DNA of 64,000 nucleotides from positions 64,001 to 128,000 of the forward strand of contig CALSNU010000002.1 in the NCBI GenBank assembly GCA_943787795.1, given 5' to 3'. The translations under genes and the position numbers were made by a program. Numbering within the stretch: position 1 is the stretch's first letter; every line of letters starts with the position of its first letter. This document shows, one piece after another, positions 19,432-29,307 of this stretch. The stretch is from an uncultured bacterium (GTDB taxonomy: Bacteria; Planctomycetota; UBA1135; GCA-002686595). Below the pieces are notes generated by a model that was given only the letters and a program-made list of their open reading frames with translations, did not search any database and was not told where the DNA came from.

Positions 19432-20438
19432 ACCGCAGGCTCCTCGCGTCGATCCTCGCGCTCGCGGCCTGCGCGGGCCCGGTCCGCCGTGGGCCTGACC
19501 CGTTGAATCCAGGTCGCGGCCTCGTCGGCCTGCGGCCCATCCCTGCGGACGAGGCAGGGACCAAGCACAACCACGGCGGGTCATGGGAGGGGATGCCCAC
19601 CTTCGAGCAGCAGAAGGGCCGCTACCCCTTCGTCGCCGAGCACATCGACACACTCTTCGGCTGGGTGCCCGATGGTGACTTCGAGACCCGACGCGTTTTC
19701 TTCGAGTACTACTGGGGCCTGAGCGAGCAGCGCGACGACCTGGCCCCGAAGAAGAACGGGCTCATCCGGGCCATCCGCCGATGGGAGGAAAGGGGCGCCA
19801 CCGTCGGGCACATCCTCATCTGCCGGGAGGCGCGACTCGCGGTCCAGCGCGGCTGGCCGGACGCCGAGCTCGGACCGTTCGAGGAGGACGGGCGGATCCT
19901 CTCCGCGAAGGACGTCACCGCCATCCGCGCGATGTTCCGCGAGGCCCACGCCGAGGGGTTGACCCTGCACGAGGACTACCGCCTGCTCATGCTGGTCGAG
20001 GACCCCTCCTTCTTCGCCACCGATCCCGAGGCGAACAGGGTCATCAAGCTGACCGAAGGCGTCGCCTACGAGGCCCACCAGTTCAACCGCCACTGGCCGC
20101 TGGAGACCGGGTGGTCGAAGCCTGGGCCGGTGGTGGAGGGTGCGAAGTGGGCGCTGGAACAGGGGCTCGAGTACGTCCTCTATTACGGCCCGGTCCTGTG
20201 GGAGCCGTCCGAGCACTACAAGCCGTTCATCGAACGCGAGTGGCTGCAGGCCTACTGGGCCGCCGGGCTCCCCAAGCATCACCCGAAGATGCACTACTTC
20301 CTGAACACCTTCCCGCACCACACGGGGCGGGGCCGCCCCGTCGGCCCCGAGTCCGATCCGCACTCCGTGCTCGGACTGACCAAGTGGCTGATCGAGGAGA
20401 TCAAGACCCCTTCCTCCGAGGCCGGCCAGGCGCGGTGA
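19428..20438 (+). CDS. Hypothetical lipoprotein
   Basis: ATGA coupling; MNRRLLASILALAAC lipobox; aromatic-rich globular sequence. Confidence 0.75.
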   Translation: MNRRLLASILALAACAGPVRRGPDPLNPGRGLVGLRPIPADEAGTKHNHGGSWEGMPTFEQQKGRYPFVAEHIDTLFGWVPDGDFETRRVFFEYYWGLSEQRDDLAPKKNGLIRAIRRWEERGATVGHILICREARLAVQRGWPDAELGPFEEDGRILSAKDVTAIRAMFREAHAEGLTLHEDYRLLMLVEDPSFFATDPEANRVIKLTEGVAYEAHQFNRHWPLETGWSKPGPVVEGAKWALEQGLEYVLYYGPVLWEPSEHYKPFIEREWLQAYWAAGLPKHHPKMHYFLNTFPHHTGRGRPVGPESDPHSVLGLTKWLIEEIKTPSSEAGQAR

Positions 20439-20612
20439 TGGGGTCGAAGCCGCGGGTTCGGGCGCGGCGCTGCACCTCCGGCGAACCGAAGAAACCCTGA
20501 CCGCAGCGTGCCCAGGTGCGGCGCAGGCCTCGGACCTGGTACCGGACGGTATCCGCGGCGCGCGGCGGCACTAGGCTTGGCATCGCCCTCCGACCCCCGG
20601 TTGGCTACTCCG

Positions 20613-22085
20613 ATGATCGACCTCCTGCCCCTGGCCCTCGCCCTCCTCACGCCCGCGGCCGCCCACCAGGAAGCCGCCGGCAACGTCCAGGTGGTGGACG
20701 CGACCACCGGCGAGCCCGTGGCGGGCGCGGAGGTGCTGGGCGTCCGTGAGATCGAGGTCCCCGTGTTCGGCGTCACCTGGAGCGAGGCCCGCGACGTGAC
20801 CGACGCCGAGGGCTGGGCGACGCTGCCGCCGGTGACCTCGAAGCAGGAGTACCAGTGGCTCATCGTGCGCGCCGAGGGGTACGGCGTCGCCGGGCAGATG
20901 GACGTGCCCAGGTCCGATGGCTGGGTCGTCGAGCCGGTCGCGCTGCACCCGGAGGTGCCCGCCGGCATTCGGGTGCTCGACTACCTGGGGCGGCCCGTGG
21001 AGGGGCTCCACCTGGGCCTGTGCGTTGGCTGCGGGCACACCCCTGACGTGGCGAGCGCGGTCACCGGCACGGACGGCCGCGCGACCCTGCCCGGTGTAGG
21101 GCGCGAGATCGACGGCATCGCCGACGTGTACCCCGTGGGGGAGGGGGTCCTGACCGACTACCTGCACGTGGACTGGGACGCGGCGCGGGGCGGCGTGTAC
21201 GAGACGGTGGCCGAGCCGGGCGGGACTCTCGAGGGACGCCTCTTTCGCGCCGACGGGTCGCCGGCTGCCGGCTATGGCGTCGGAGTCCCGGCGCGGCACC
21301 GCGGCCCCTGGACCGTGACGGACGTGGAGGGCCGCTTCCGATGCCGGGGCCTCGATCCGCGCTTCGCGTCCTACCTCCAGGTGAAGGCCCCCACTGGGGA
21401 GACCATCGCCGGGTTCGAGGGGTCTCGAATCGGCGTCCAGCGCACACTCCGCCTGCCCGCCGAGTTCTGGGGCGACACCGAGCCCGCGCGGGACGCCGAG
21501 CTCGCCCTCTCGGTCTACGTCGAGGGCACGCCGAAGGGCGACGGTGACTCCATCTGGCCGCTCGGAGTGCCGGTCCTCGCCACCCACCTCGGCACCGGAT
21601 GGTGCGCCCAGTTCCACGTCGCGCTCGCCGAGGAGACCCTCCTGGAGCTCCCGAGCGGTCCGTACCGGATCGAGGTCGGCGGCGGCGCGAGTCCCTATCC
21701 CTTGAAGAGGGTGGACGCGATCGAGCTCTCTCCCGAGCTGAAGACCCCGGAGTTGGAGCTCGAGATGCCTCGGCCCCAGCTCGTGCGCCTCGAGATCGAG
21801 GGGGTCCTCGAGAGCTCGAAGCTCCAGATGGCCTGCGCCGACGGCCAGGTCCGCAAGCTCAAGCTCGACCGGGTCGAGCGCGCGCCCGGGGCCGCTCGCG
21901 GGCTCGGCGTGGTGGAGCGCGTCGCGCTACCGGCGGAGCCCTTCGGGCTGTGGCTCGACAGCGAGGATGAACCCGAAGCCGCGGGTCGTTCAGCGGTCCT
22001 CATGGAGCTCTCCGAGCCCCGCTACCGGAAGGACCCCGACGAGGGCGCCGTCCGCTTCGTGCGGGCCACCCGACGCCCGCGCTGA
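20613..22085 (+). CDS. Secreted protein with carboxypeptidase-regulatory-like repeats
   Basis: Signal peptide; VVDATTGEPVAGAEV, TDAEG, TGTDGRA and TDVEGRF repeats. Confidence 0.7.
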   Translation: MIDLLPLALALLTPAAAHQEAAGNVQVVDATTGEPVAGAEVLGVREIEVPVFGVTWSEARDVTDAEGWATLPPVTSKQEYQWLIVRAEGYGVAGQMDVPRSDGWVVEPVALHPEVPAGIRVLDYLGRPVEGLHLGLCVGCGHTPDVASAVTGTDGRATLPGVGREIDGIADVYPVGEGVLTDYLHVDWDAARGGVYETVAEPGGTLEGRLFRADGSPAAGYGVGVPARHRGPWTVTDVEGRFRCRGLDPRFASYLQVKAPTGETIAGFEGSRIGVQRTLRLPAEFWGDTEPARDAELALSVYVEGTPKGDGDSIWPLGVPVLATHLGTGWCAQFHVALAEETLLELPSGPYRIEVGGGASPYPLKRVDAIELSPELKTPELELEMPRPQLVRLEIEGVLESSKLQMACADGQVRKLKLDRVERAPGAARGLGVVERVALPAEPFGLWLDSEDEPEAAGRSAVLMELSEPRYRKDPDEGAVRFVRATRRPR

Positions 22086-22093
22086 ATCGCCCC

Positions 22094-23038
22094 TCAGGGG
22101 ATCGAGCGCGCGGCCGCCGGCCCACGGGCCGCCTCCCGCGCCCGGCACGCGAGGTCGGGGTCGTCCACGAAGACGGCGTCCGCGGGGAAGCGCTGGAGGA
22201 ACTCCGTCAGCGCCGCCTCGTCCCCGCGGAAGGTCCACACGAACACCTCGAGCCCGAGCTCGTGCGCACGCTGCAGGAGGCCCGGGCCCAGGGCGTCCGG
22301 GCCCTCGAAGGTCGCCCGCGAGAGACCGATGCCCGCGAGGCCCTCGGTGTGCTCCTCGAGGTCATCGGGGGACGGGAGAGATCCCGACAGGTTCCAGACC
22401 AGCCTCGCCGGGCAGTCCGGAGCCCCTGCTGCGGTGCGCAGCGCCTCACGATCGAAGCTCTGCACCACGACCGCCGCCCCCGGGTTCTCCTCGCCCCAGC
22501 GAGCCAGGACCTCCAAGACCGGCCCCGCGAGGTCGACCCCCTCCGCCAGGTGCCACGCCGGCTGCTTGAGCTCGGGGACGACGCCCACCGACCGGCCCGA
22601 TCGTTCGTTGAGGCGCGTGACAAGGTCGAGGGCATCGGTGAGCCGCGCGAGGCGATAGACGGTGTCGTCCCCCTCCGGGCCGCTCACCCCCAGCCCCTCC
22701 AGCTCGCTCCAGTCGAAGTCGCGGGCGTACCAGCGGCCATCCGATCGGGCCCTCCCCGGGAACCGCGCCGCCGCATCGGTGACCCGCTCCAGGGTGAGGT
22801 CGTGAAGGCAAACGAGGACGCCATCCCGGCTGCAGACCACGTCCGGCTCCACGAGGTCCGCCCCCTGGGCGTGGGCGAGGGCATAGGCCTCGAGGGTGTG
22901 CTCGGGGAGGTACGCGCTCGCACCCCGGTGCCCGAGGATGAGCGGACGCCCGGGTTCGCCGAGGGGAGCCGATGGCGGGCCCGGGGCGTGAACGCAGCCC
23001 GCGAGGACCGCGAGCCCGATGAGGAGAAGTCGGCGCAT
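22094..23038 (-). CDS. Glycerophosphodiester phosphodiesterase (lipoprotein)
   Basis: Lipobox LAGC; GHRGASAYLPEHTLEAY, EPDVV.SRDG..V..HD, ELK, QSF, VWT. Confidence 0.92.
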   Translation of the reverse strand: MRRLLLIGLAVLAGCVHAPGPPSAPLGEPGRPLILGHRGASAYLPEHTLEAYALAHAQGADLVEPDVVCSRDGVLVCLHDLTLERVTDAAARFPGRARSDGRWYARDFDWSELEGLGVSGPEGDDTVYRLARLTDALDLVTRLNERSGRSVGVVPELKQPAWHLAEGVDLAGPVLEVLARWGEENPGAAVVVQSFDREALRTAAGAPDCPARLVWNLSGSLPSPDDLEEHTEGLAGIGLSRATFEGPDALGPGLLQRAHELGLEVFVWTFRGDEAALTEFLQRFPADAVFVDDPDLACRAREAARGPAAARSIP

Positions 23039-23266
23039 GGTGAGAGTCTGCACGACCGGCGGCCCGTTCGCTGGACCCGCCGCACCGGAGCCGCCGCACC
23101 CGACCCGCACAACGCGGCCATGGGAGATTCCCGCCTCGCCTTCTGGCGCCGCCGGTTGTTCTCCCCGGGGTGCCTCCCTAGGATCCGCCGCCCTTTTGCC
23201 CGCCCGCGCCCGTTCGCCGGGCCGAGCCCCCTCGCGCGGCCGGCCCGTCTCTCCCCCCCCATCCCC

Positions 23267-24157
23267 TTGAACGTCACCCTCAAGAAGCTCTCCGAGGTCC
23301 GCCTCACCAACCAGTACCTGCGCACCGATACGGACGTGGAGGCGCTGAAGAAGAGCCTGGAGAGCGTCGGGCTGATCCACCCGGTGACGATCAACGGAGA
23401 GGGGGAGCTCCTGGCCGGTGCCCGCCGCTTCCAGGCCGCGAGCGAGCTCGGCTGGGAGGAGATCCCGGTCCAGGTTGTGGAGCGGGACTTGCTTGAGCAG
23501 GAGCTCATCTCCATCGATGAGAACCTGGTCCGCGCGCCCCTCAACTCCCTCGAGCTGGAGCGGTACCTGAACCGGGGCCGTGAGATCTACGAGCAGCTGA
23601 ACCCCGAGGCCAACAAGGTCGACCTCTCCTCCGAGGAGCTCAAGGGCGAGGCCAGGCAGGAGAAGAAGGAGATCGAGGAGCAGGACGAGAGCTCCTTCGC
23701 CGCCGTCACCGCCGAGAAGACCGGGCTCTCGAAGTCCATCATCCGCGGCGCCATCAAGCGGGACGAGCTCGCGGCGGACGTGGTCAAGGAGGCCCGCAGC
23801 CAGGGGGAGCTGAACGCCACCCAGACCAACGAGATCATCAAGCTCGAGAAGGAGACCCAGGCGGAGGTCCTGCCCCTGATCGCAGACAAGACGGTCAAGG
23901 AGGCCCGCAAGATCATCGCCGCGGCCCAGACCGGCGGCGTCGAGGCCGCCGTGGAAGAGTCCGAGAAGGTGGTCCCGCTCCCCCGCGAGTACGGCCAGAT
24001 CCTCAGCCCGGTCCGGCGGGTCAACAAGAACATCAGCCGCATCCTGGTGGAGGAGCTGCGCTACGACGGGCCCGAGCGGAAGAAGATCCACCAGGAGCTA
24101 CGGGCGCTGAAGGACAACCTGGTGCAGTTCTTCGACATGGTCGGAGAGGGCGAGTAG
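23267..24157 (+). CDS. ParB/Srx N-terminal domain protein with HTH (ParB-like)
   Basis: LKKSLESVGLIHPV, LLAGARRFQA, DENLVR, HTH-like TAEKTGLSKSIIR; TTG start inferred. Confidence 0.85.
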   Translation: MNVTLKKLSEVRLTNQYLRTDTDVEALKKSLESVGLIHPVTINGEGELLAGARRFQAASELGWEEIPVQVVERDLLEQELISIDENLVRAPLNSLELERYLNRGREIYEQLNPEANKVDLSSEELKGEARQEKKEIEEQDESSFAAVTAEKTGLSKSIIRGAIKRDELAADVVKEARSQGELNATQTNEIIKLEKETQAEVLPLIADKTVKEARKIIAAAQTGGVEAAVEESEKVVPLPREYGQILSPVRRVNKNISRILVEELRYDGPERKKIHQELRALKDNLVQFFDMVGEGE

Positions 24158-24184
24158 GGGGCCAGCGCTCCGCCTGGTCCTCTG

Positions 24185-24254
24185 CCCGATCGCTGGGTCC
24201 CGATCGCTGGGTCCCGATCGCTGGGTCCCCATCGCTGGTGCCCCATCGCTGGGG
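24185..24254. repeat. Tandem array, 14-bp unit (cccgatcgctgggt), 5 copies
   Basis: Three exact copies followed by ccccatcgctggtg and ccccatcgctgggg. Confidence 0.9.
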
Positions 24255-24455
24255 CCCGGGACGCCGCTCGGTCCTCGTGGCGGTCGAAGGCCAGCCGGCT
24301 GATCCGGCCCCCGGCTCCAGAGCCGACCCGACGGAAGGCCAGGATCCCGCATCGGGACGAACGGGCGCCGTAAGTCCGGCGTCTCCCGTCGCCTCGTCCT
24401 GCCGGAACGCGTGGTCGGACGTAGCCTGTGGGCTCCCCCACCTGCACCGAGACCC

Positions 24456-27431
24456 ATGCTGCGACACCTCTCCTTCACGGCCCTGTTCACCCTCTCCCTC
24501 GTCAGCGCCCGCTCCGCACACGCGCTCCCGCAAGACATCGACGGGGCCGCCGTGCCCAGCGAAACGACCGGCGAGACGCCCGGCGAGGCGCTCGGCGAGG
24601 GCGACACGGTCCAGGCCGCCGTCACGCCGCGCCTGACGACGGAGGCCGACTGGGGCCAGTGGGAGCGCCTGGGCGCCGACGTCCTCTCCCCCGACGGCCG
24701 CTGGATCGCGTACACCATCCGCCGGAACGACGGCACGAGCGAGCTCCGGCTGCGCGTCATCGCCACCGACTCGACGGAGGTCTTCGAGCAGGGCGGCAGG
24801 CCGACGTTCTCCAGCGACGGCAAGTGGCTGGCGTTCTCCATCGGCAAGTCCGAGGCCGAGCGGGAGGAGCTCGCCAAGGGCAAGAAGCCCGTGGAGAACG
24901 ACCTGGGTCTGTTCGACCTCGTCGGCGGTGAGGAGGACACCATCGAAGGCGTGAGCACCTTCGCCTTCAGCGAGGGCGGCGCCTTCCTCGCGATGCAGCG
25001 CCACGGTGAGCCGGGCGACGATCACGGCGCCGACCTCGTCGTCCGCGACCTCGCGAGCGGCGTGGACACCCACTTCGGTCGCGTGGGTGCCTTTTCGTGG
25101 AGCGAGAAGGGCGCGTGGCTCGCGATGACCATCGACGCCCCCGACCAGGCCGGCAACGGGCTCCGCGTGGTCGACGCGCGTACGGGCAAGATGCAGACGC
25201 TCGACTCGGGCGAGGCGGACTACGTGGGCATGACCTGGCGCGACGACGCCGCGGACCTCGCGGTCATGCGCAAGCAGGCCCACGGGGACGACGAGGACGC
25301 CACCTTCACGGTGCTCGCCTGGCGCGGGCTTAACAAGAAGGCGCCGCGGTCCTCGCGCTACGACCACCTGGACGACGAGGCGTTCCCCGAGGACCTGCGG
25401 GTCGTCGACTTCGACGGCCTGACGTGGTCCGACGAGGGCGACGCGGTGTTCTTCGGCCTGAAGGCCTGGGAGACCCGACCCGCCGGGCTCGACGAGGACG
25501 ACGAGGAGGGAGCCGGCGACGAGGAAGGTGTCGACGAGGACGCCGCAGCGCCCGAGAGCAAGGAGGCCGCGGGCGAGGCGGCTGAGGAGCCCCAGGGTCC
25601 GGACGCCGAAGGCGAGAAGGCCAAGTCCATGCGGGAGAGCCTCGACGAGGCTCCCGGCGTCGAGATCTGGCACGCCAAGGACATCAACATCGTGCCCCGA
25701 CAGAAGCGCACCGAGTCTGAGGACGAGCGCGACAGCTTCATGGCGGCCCTCTGGCTCGATGCCGGCACGCTGGTCCGGCTGGAGGACGAGGCGGTCCCGG
25801 ATGTGGTCCTTCTCGAACGTCAACGCATGGCGCTCGGGAGCGACGAGGCGCCGTACGAGGAGGAGCAGCGCTTCTCGGCAACGCTCGTCGACCTGTACTC
25901 GGTGGACGTCATGACCGGCGAGCGAGAGCGAATCCTCGAGCGCGTCAAGTACACGATGGAGGGCGACCCCCGAGGGACGCGATTCCTGTTCGTGCGCGAC
26001 GGGCACATCTGGGCTTACGACATGCAGGCCCGCGCCGCGACGAACCTCACGGGCGACGTCGAGGCCGCGTTCACCGACCAGGAGAACTCAAGCCTCACCG
26101 ACGAGAAGCCGCCGTACGGCGTCGCGGGGTGGACGAAGAAGGGCGACCGGGTCCTGCTCTACGACCGCTACGACATCTGGTCCTTCGCGCTCGACGGCAG
26201 CTCGCACAAGCGCCTCACCCAGGGCGCGGAGGACTCGATCCGCCACCGCCGGTTCGTCGTCGCCGCGGACCCCGACGCCGAGCAGCGCGACATCATCCCG
26301 TCGGGGGGCTTCTACGTCAGCCTCTACGGCGACCTCACGAAGGAGTCCGGCTACGGCTTCCTCAAGCCCGGCCGCGCCCTGGACCGGCGGGTCTGGGAGC
26401 CCGCGCGCATCTCCGGCCTCGTCCGCGCGGAGGACGCCGACGTGTTCGCGTTCACCGCGGAGCGCTTCGACGACTCACCGGACCTGTTCGTCGGCGGACC
26501 GGCCCTCGAGGACGCCAAGCAGGTCAGCGCCACCAACGCGTTCGCCAGCGACTACCTCTGGGGGCACTCGGAGCTCGTCGACTTCGAGAACTCGAACGGC
26601 GTGCCCCTGCAGGGCGCCCTCTACTACCCGGCGGACTACGACGAGACGAAGACCTATCCGATGGTCGTGTACATCTACGAGCTGCGCTCGCAGTCGCTGC
26701 ACCAGTACATGGCCCCCTCGGAGCGCAACCCGTACAGCACGTCCGTCTTCACCCAGAACGGGTACTTCGTCTTCCAGCCCGACATCGTCTACCGCGCCCA
26801 GAACCCGGGGCTCTCCGCCGTCGAGTGCGTGGTCCCCGCGGTGCGCAAGGTGCTCGAGTCCGGCAAGGTGGACCCCGAGCGCGTCGGCCTCGTGGGCCAC
26901 TCCTGGGGCGCGTACCAGACGGCCTTCATCGTGACGCAGACCGACCTCTTCGCGGCGGGCGTCGCCGGGGCGCCGCTGACGAACATGATGAGCATGTCCA
27001 TGAGCATCTACTGGAACTCGGGGCAGACCGACGCGTACATCTTCCACGAGAGCCAGGGCCGCATGGACCGCCCCTTCTGGAGCGACGTCGACACCTACAT
27101 CGCCAACTCGCCGATCTTCTCCATCGAGGACCTCAACACGCCGCTGCTCGTGGCCTTCGGGGACGACGACGGAGCCGTGGACTGGCAGCAGGGCGTGGAG
27201 ATGTACAACGCGGCCCGCCTGGCCCAGCGCCCGTTCGTGATGCTCGTCTACCCCGGCGAGAACCACGGCCTGCGCAAGAAGCCGAACCAGGTGGACTACC
27301 ACCACCGGGTGCGAGAGTGGTTCGACACCTACCTCACCGGCAAGGAGGCTCCCGAGTGGATCTCCGACGGCGTCCCGTGGCTCGACCAGAAGAAGGCGCT
27401 TGAGGAGGTCGGGGGCGGCGACAAGGACTGA
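24456..27431 (+). CDS. Secreted S9 family peptidase (prolyl oligopeptidase/acylaminoacyl peptidase-like)
   Basis: Signal peptide; beta-propeller SPDGRW repeats; GHSWG nucleophile, DGAVD, GENHG. Confidence 0.92.
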   Translation: MLRHLSFTALFTLSLVSARSAHALPQDIDGAAVPSETTGETPGEALGEGDTVQAAVTPRLTTEADWGQWERLGADVLSPDGRWIAYTIRRNDGTSELRLRVIATDSTEVFEQGGRPTFSSDGKWLAFSIGKSEAEREELAKGKKPVENDLGLFDLVGGEEDTIEGVSTFAFSEGGAFLAMQRHGEPGDDHGADLVVRDLASGVDTHFGRVGAFSWSEKGAWLAMTIDAPDQAGNGLRVVDARTGKMQTLDSGEADYVGMTWRDDAADLAVMRKQAHGDDEDATFTVLAWRGLNKKAPRSSRYDHLDDEAFPEDLRVVDFDGLTWSDEGDAVFFGLKAWETRPAGLDEDDEEGAGDEEGVDEDAAAPESKEAAGEAAEEPQGPDAEGEKAKSMRESLDEAPGVEIWHAKDINIVPRQKRTESEDERDSFMAALWLDAGTLVRLEDEAVPDVVLLERQRMALGSDEAPYEEEQRFSATLVDLYSVDVMTGERERILERVKYTMEGDPRGTRFLFVRDGHIWAYDMQARAATNLTGDVEAAFTDQENSSLTDEKPPYGVAGWTKKGDRVLLYDRYDIWSFALDGSSHKRLTQGAEDSIRHRRFVVAADPDAEQRDIIPSGGFYVSLYGDLTKESGYGFLKPGRALDRRVWEPARISGLVRAEDADVFAFTAERFDDSPDLFVGGPALEDAKQVSATNAFASDYLWGHSELVDFENSNGVPLQGALYYPADYDETKTYPMVVYIYELRSQSLHQYMAPSERNPYSTSVFTQNGYFVFQPDIVYRAQNPGLSAVECVVPAVRKVLESGKVDPERVGLVGHSWGAYQTAFIVTQTDLFAAGVAGAPLTNMMSMSMSIYWNSGQTDAYIFHESQGRMDRPFWSDVDTYIANSPIFSIEDLNTPLLVAFGDDDGAVDWQQGVEMYNAARLAQRPFVMLVYPGENHGLRKKPNQVDYHHRVREWFDTYLTGKEAPEWISDGVPWLDQKKALEEVGGGDKD

Positions 27432-27569
27432 CGCCACGGCCAGCCGGCTCGCCGGAGCCTCCCCCACGGAACGGGCTTCCCCGGCAGGACGGCTCTCCCC
27501 GCCAGGACGGGCCTCCACTGAACCCGCGGATCTCGTCAGGTCCGCGGGTCTCTCTTTGCTGGAGTCCCC

Positions 27570-29258
27570 ATGACCCGTCTCTCGCTCGGCACCCCTGCCC
27601 CGACTCCGGCGCCCCTCCTCGGCATGAACCCTCACTCTCCAAACGGCCCCTCGAACGCCCCGCTCTGCCAAGGCCTGGAGCCTGCGTCCACGCCGGTCTC
27701 CGAGGTGAAGCGCTGCGGGCGCGTCGCCCTGGCCGTCCTGGGACGCCTCGCCGGCGCCCTCGGGCTCGCGGGGCTCGCTGCGGGCCAGGGGACGCTCAGC
27801 GTCGATCGTGCGTTCGGGGATCACATGGTCCTCCAGCGCCGCCAGCCGATCCAGGTCTGGGGCCTCGCTGCCCCTGGCACGACGGTCCAGGTACGCCTGG
27901 CGGAGGAGCGCGCCGAGGCGATCGCTGGCGCGGACGGGCGCTGGCGGGCGGAGCTCGGCGCCATGGAGGCCGGCGGCCCCCACTCGATCACGCTGCGCTC
28001 GGAGGGAGAGGTGGTGACCCTCGAGGACATCCTCGTCGGCGAGGTCTGGCTCTGCGCGGGCCAGTCCAACATGCGCTGGACTCTCGGTCAGAGCGCCGCC
28101 GCCGAGGAGATGCTCGCCGCCTCCTCGATCCCACAGCTGCGCCTGCTCGACTTCGTGGGCGAGGCCTACCCCAGCTCCCGCGCCTGGACCGACGAGGAGC
28201 TCGCGAAGTGCTCCCCCGAGCGCTACTACCGGACGTCCGGCTGGGCGGTCTCCAGCCCCGCCTCGGCACGTCCGTTCTCCGCGGTCGCCTGGGCCTTCGG
28301 CCGCGACCTCCAGGCCCGGCTCGGCGTGCCCGTGGGCCTCATCCACAACGCCATCGGCGGCACCTGCACCGAGGCCTACATCAGCCCCGAGCGGCTCCGC
28401 GCCGAGCCGGAGCTCGCGGACGGGGAAGGGTGGCTGAAGGACCCCCGCGCCCCCGAGTGGCCCCGGCAGCGCGGCCGGGAGAACCTCGCGCGCTGGTTCG
28501 CTGCGCCCGAGGGTCCCATGCCCGGCCACCCCTTCCAGCCGGGCTTCCTGCACGACGCCGCCATCGCCCCCCTGGCGGGGCTCGGCCTCGCCGGAGCCAT
28601 CTGGTACCAGGGCGAGTCCAACGCGACCCTGGCCGACATGCAGGTGGCCGCGGACCCCGCCTGGTGTCGGACGAGCCTGACCGCGCTCATCGACGATTGG
28701 CGCGACACCCTCGCGAGGCCCGAGCTCCCCTTCCTTATGGTCCAGCTCCCGGGCATGGGGCGCGCGTGGATGGCGTACCGGGAGGTCCAGCGGCAGGTGG
28801 CCAAGCTCCCCGGAGTCGGCCTGGCCGTCACCCTCGACCTGGGCCACCCCACCGACGTCCATCCGCGCCGCAAGCGCGAGGTCGGCGCGCGCCTCGCGGG
28901 CCTCGCGCTCCACGGGGTCTACGGCCAGGACCTCCCGCGAAGTCCCGCCGCCCAGGGGGCCACCGTCGGGGAGCTCAGCTGCATCGTCCGGATCTCCAGC
29001 GCGGACGGCGAGCTCCGCACCCGGGGCGGGGCGCCCGTTCGAGGCGTCGAGGTGCTCGGTGATGACGGGATCTGGCGCGCCGCTGGCGCCGTCATCCAGG
29101 GCTCCAACCTGGTGGTGACCTCTCCCGGGACGCCCAAGCCGATGTCCGTGCGATACGCCTGGGCGCCGATCCCCGACGGCAACCTCGTGGGGAAGACAGG
29201 GCTCCCGCTGGGCCCGTTCATGGAGCCTCTTCGCGGCCGCTCGACGGAAGGCCGGTAG
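27570..29258 (+). CDS. Sialate O-acetylesterase (SASA/SGNH) family protein
   Basis: FGDHMVLQR, GEVWLCAGQSNM, PVGLI, IWYQGESN, DVHP; true start may be GTG 27705. Confidence 0.9.
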   Translation: MTRLSLGTPAPTPAPLLGMNPHSPNGPSNAPLCQGLEPASTPVSEVKRCGRVALAVLGRLAGALGLAGLAAGQGTLSVDRAFGDHMVLQRRQPIQVWGLAAPGTTVQVRLAEERAEAIAGADGRWRAELGAMEAGGPHSITLRSEGEVVTLEDILVGEVWLCAGQSNMRWTLGQSAAAEEMLAASSIPQLRLLDFVGEAYPSSRAWTDEELAKCSPERYYRTSGWAVSSPASARPFSAVAWAFGRDLQARLGVPVGLIHNAIGGTCTEAYISPERLRAEPELADGEGWLKDPRAPEWPRQRGRENLARWFAAPEGPMPGHPFQPGFLHDAAIAPLAGLGLAGAIWYQGESNATLADMQVAADPAWCRTSLTALIDDWRDTLARPELPFLMVQLPGMGRAWMAYREVQRQVAKLPGVGLAVTLDLGHPTDVHPRRKREVGARLAGLALHGVYGQDLPRSPAAQGATVGELSCIVRISSADGELRTRGGAPVRGVEVLGDDGIWRAAGAVIQGSNLVVTSPGTPKPMSVRYAWAPIPDGNLVGKTGLPLGPFMEPLRGRSTEGR

Positions 29259-29307
29259 TCCACGAGCCGCCATTCAATGGAGCACGGGCAGGAGCCCCTG
29301 CTCCGCG

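Noticed and set aside
21018..21040. CVGCGH as a c-type heme site
   Set aside because: Spacing is CxxCxH, not CxxCH
22094..24091. 665-aa and 631-aa overlapping ORFs as long GDPD / ParB proteins
   Set aside because: The N-terminal extensions are antisense to each other's real genes; trimmed to starts at 23038 and 23267
24185..24254. Tandem arrays (also 10125, 13556, 50751) as CRISPR
   Set aside because: Units are 13-18 bp, contiguous, with no unique spacers and no cas genes
23040..24455. Canonical parS site or plasmid/prophage origin near the ParB-like gene
   Set aside because: No TGTTTCACGTGAAACA-like palindrome seen; no parA, rep or integrase; flanks are ordinary chromosomal genes
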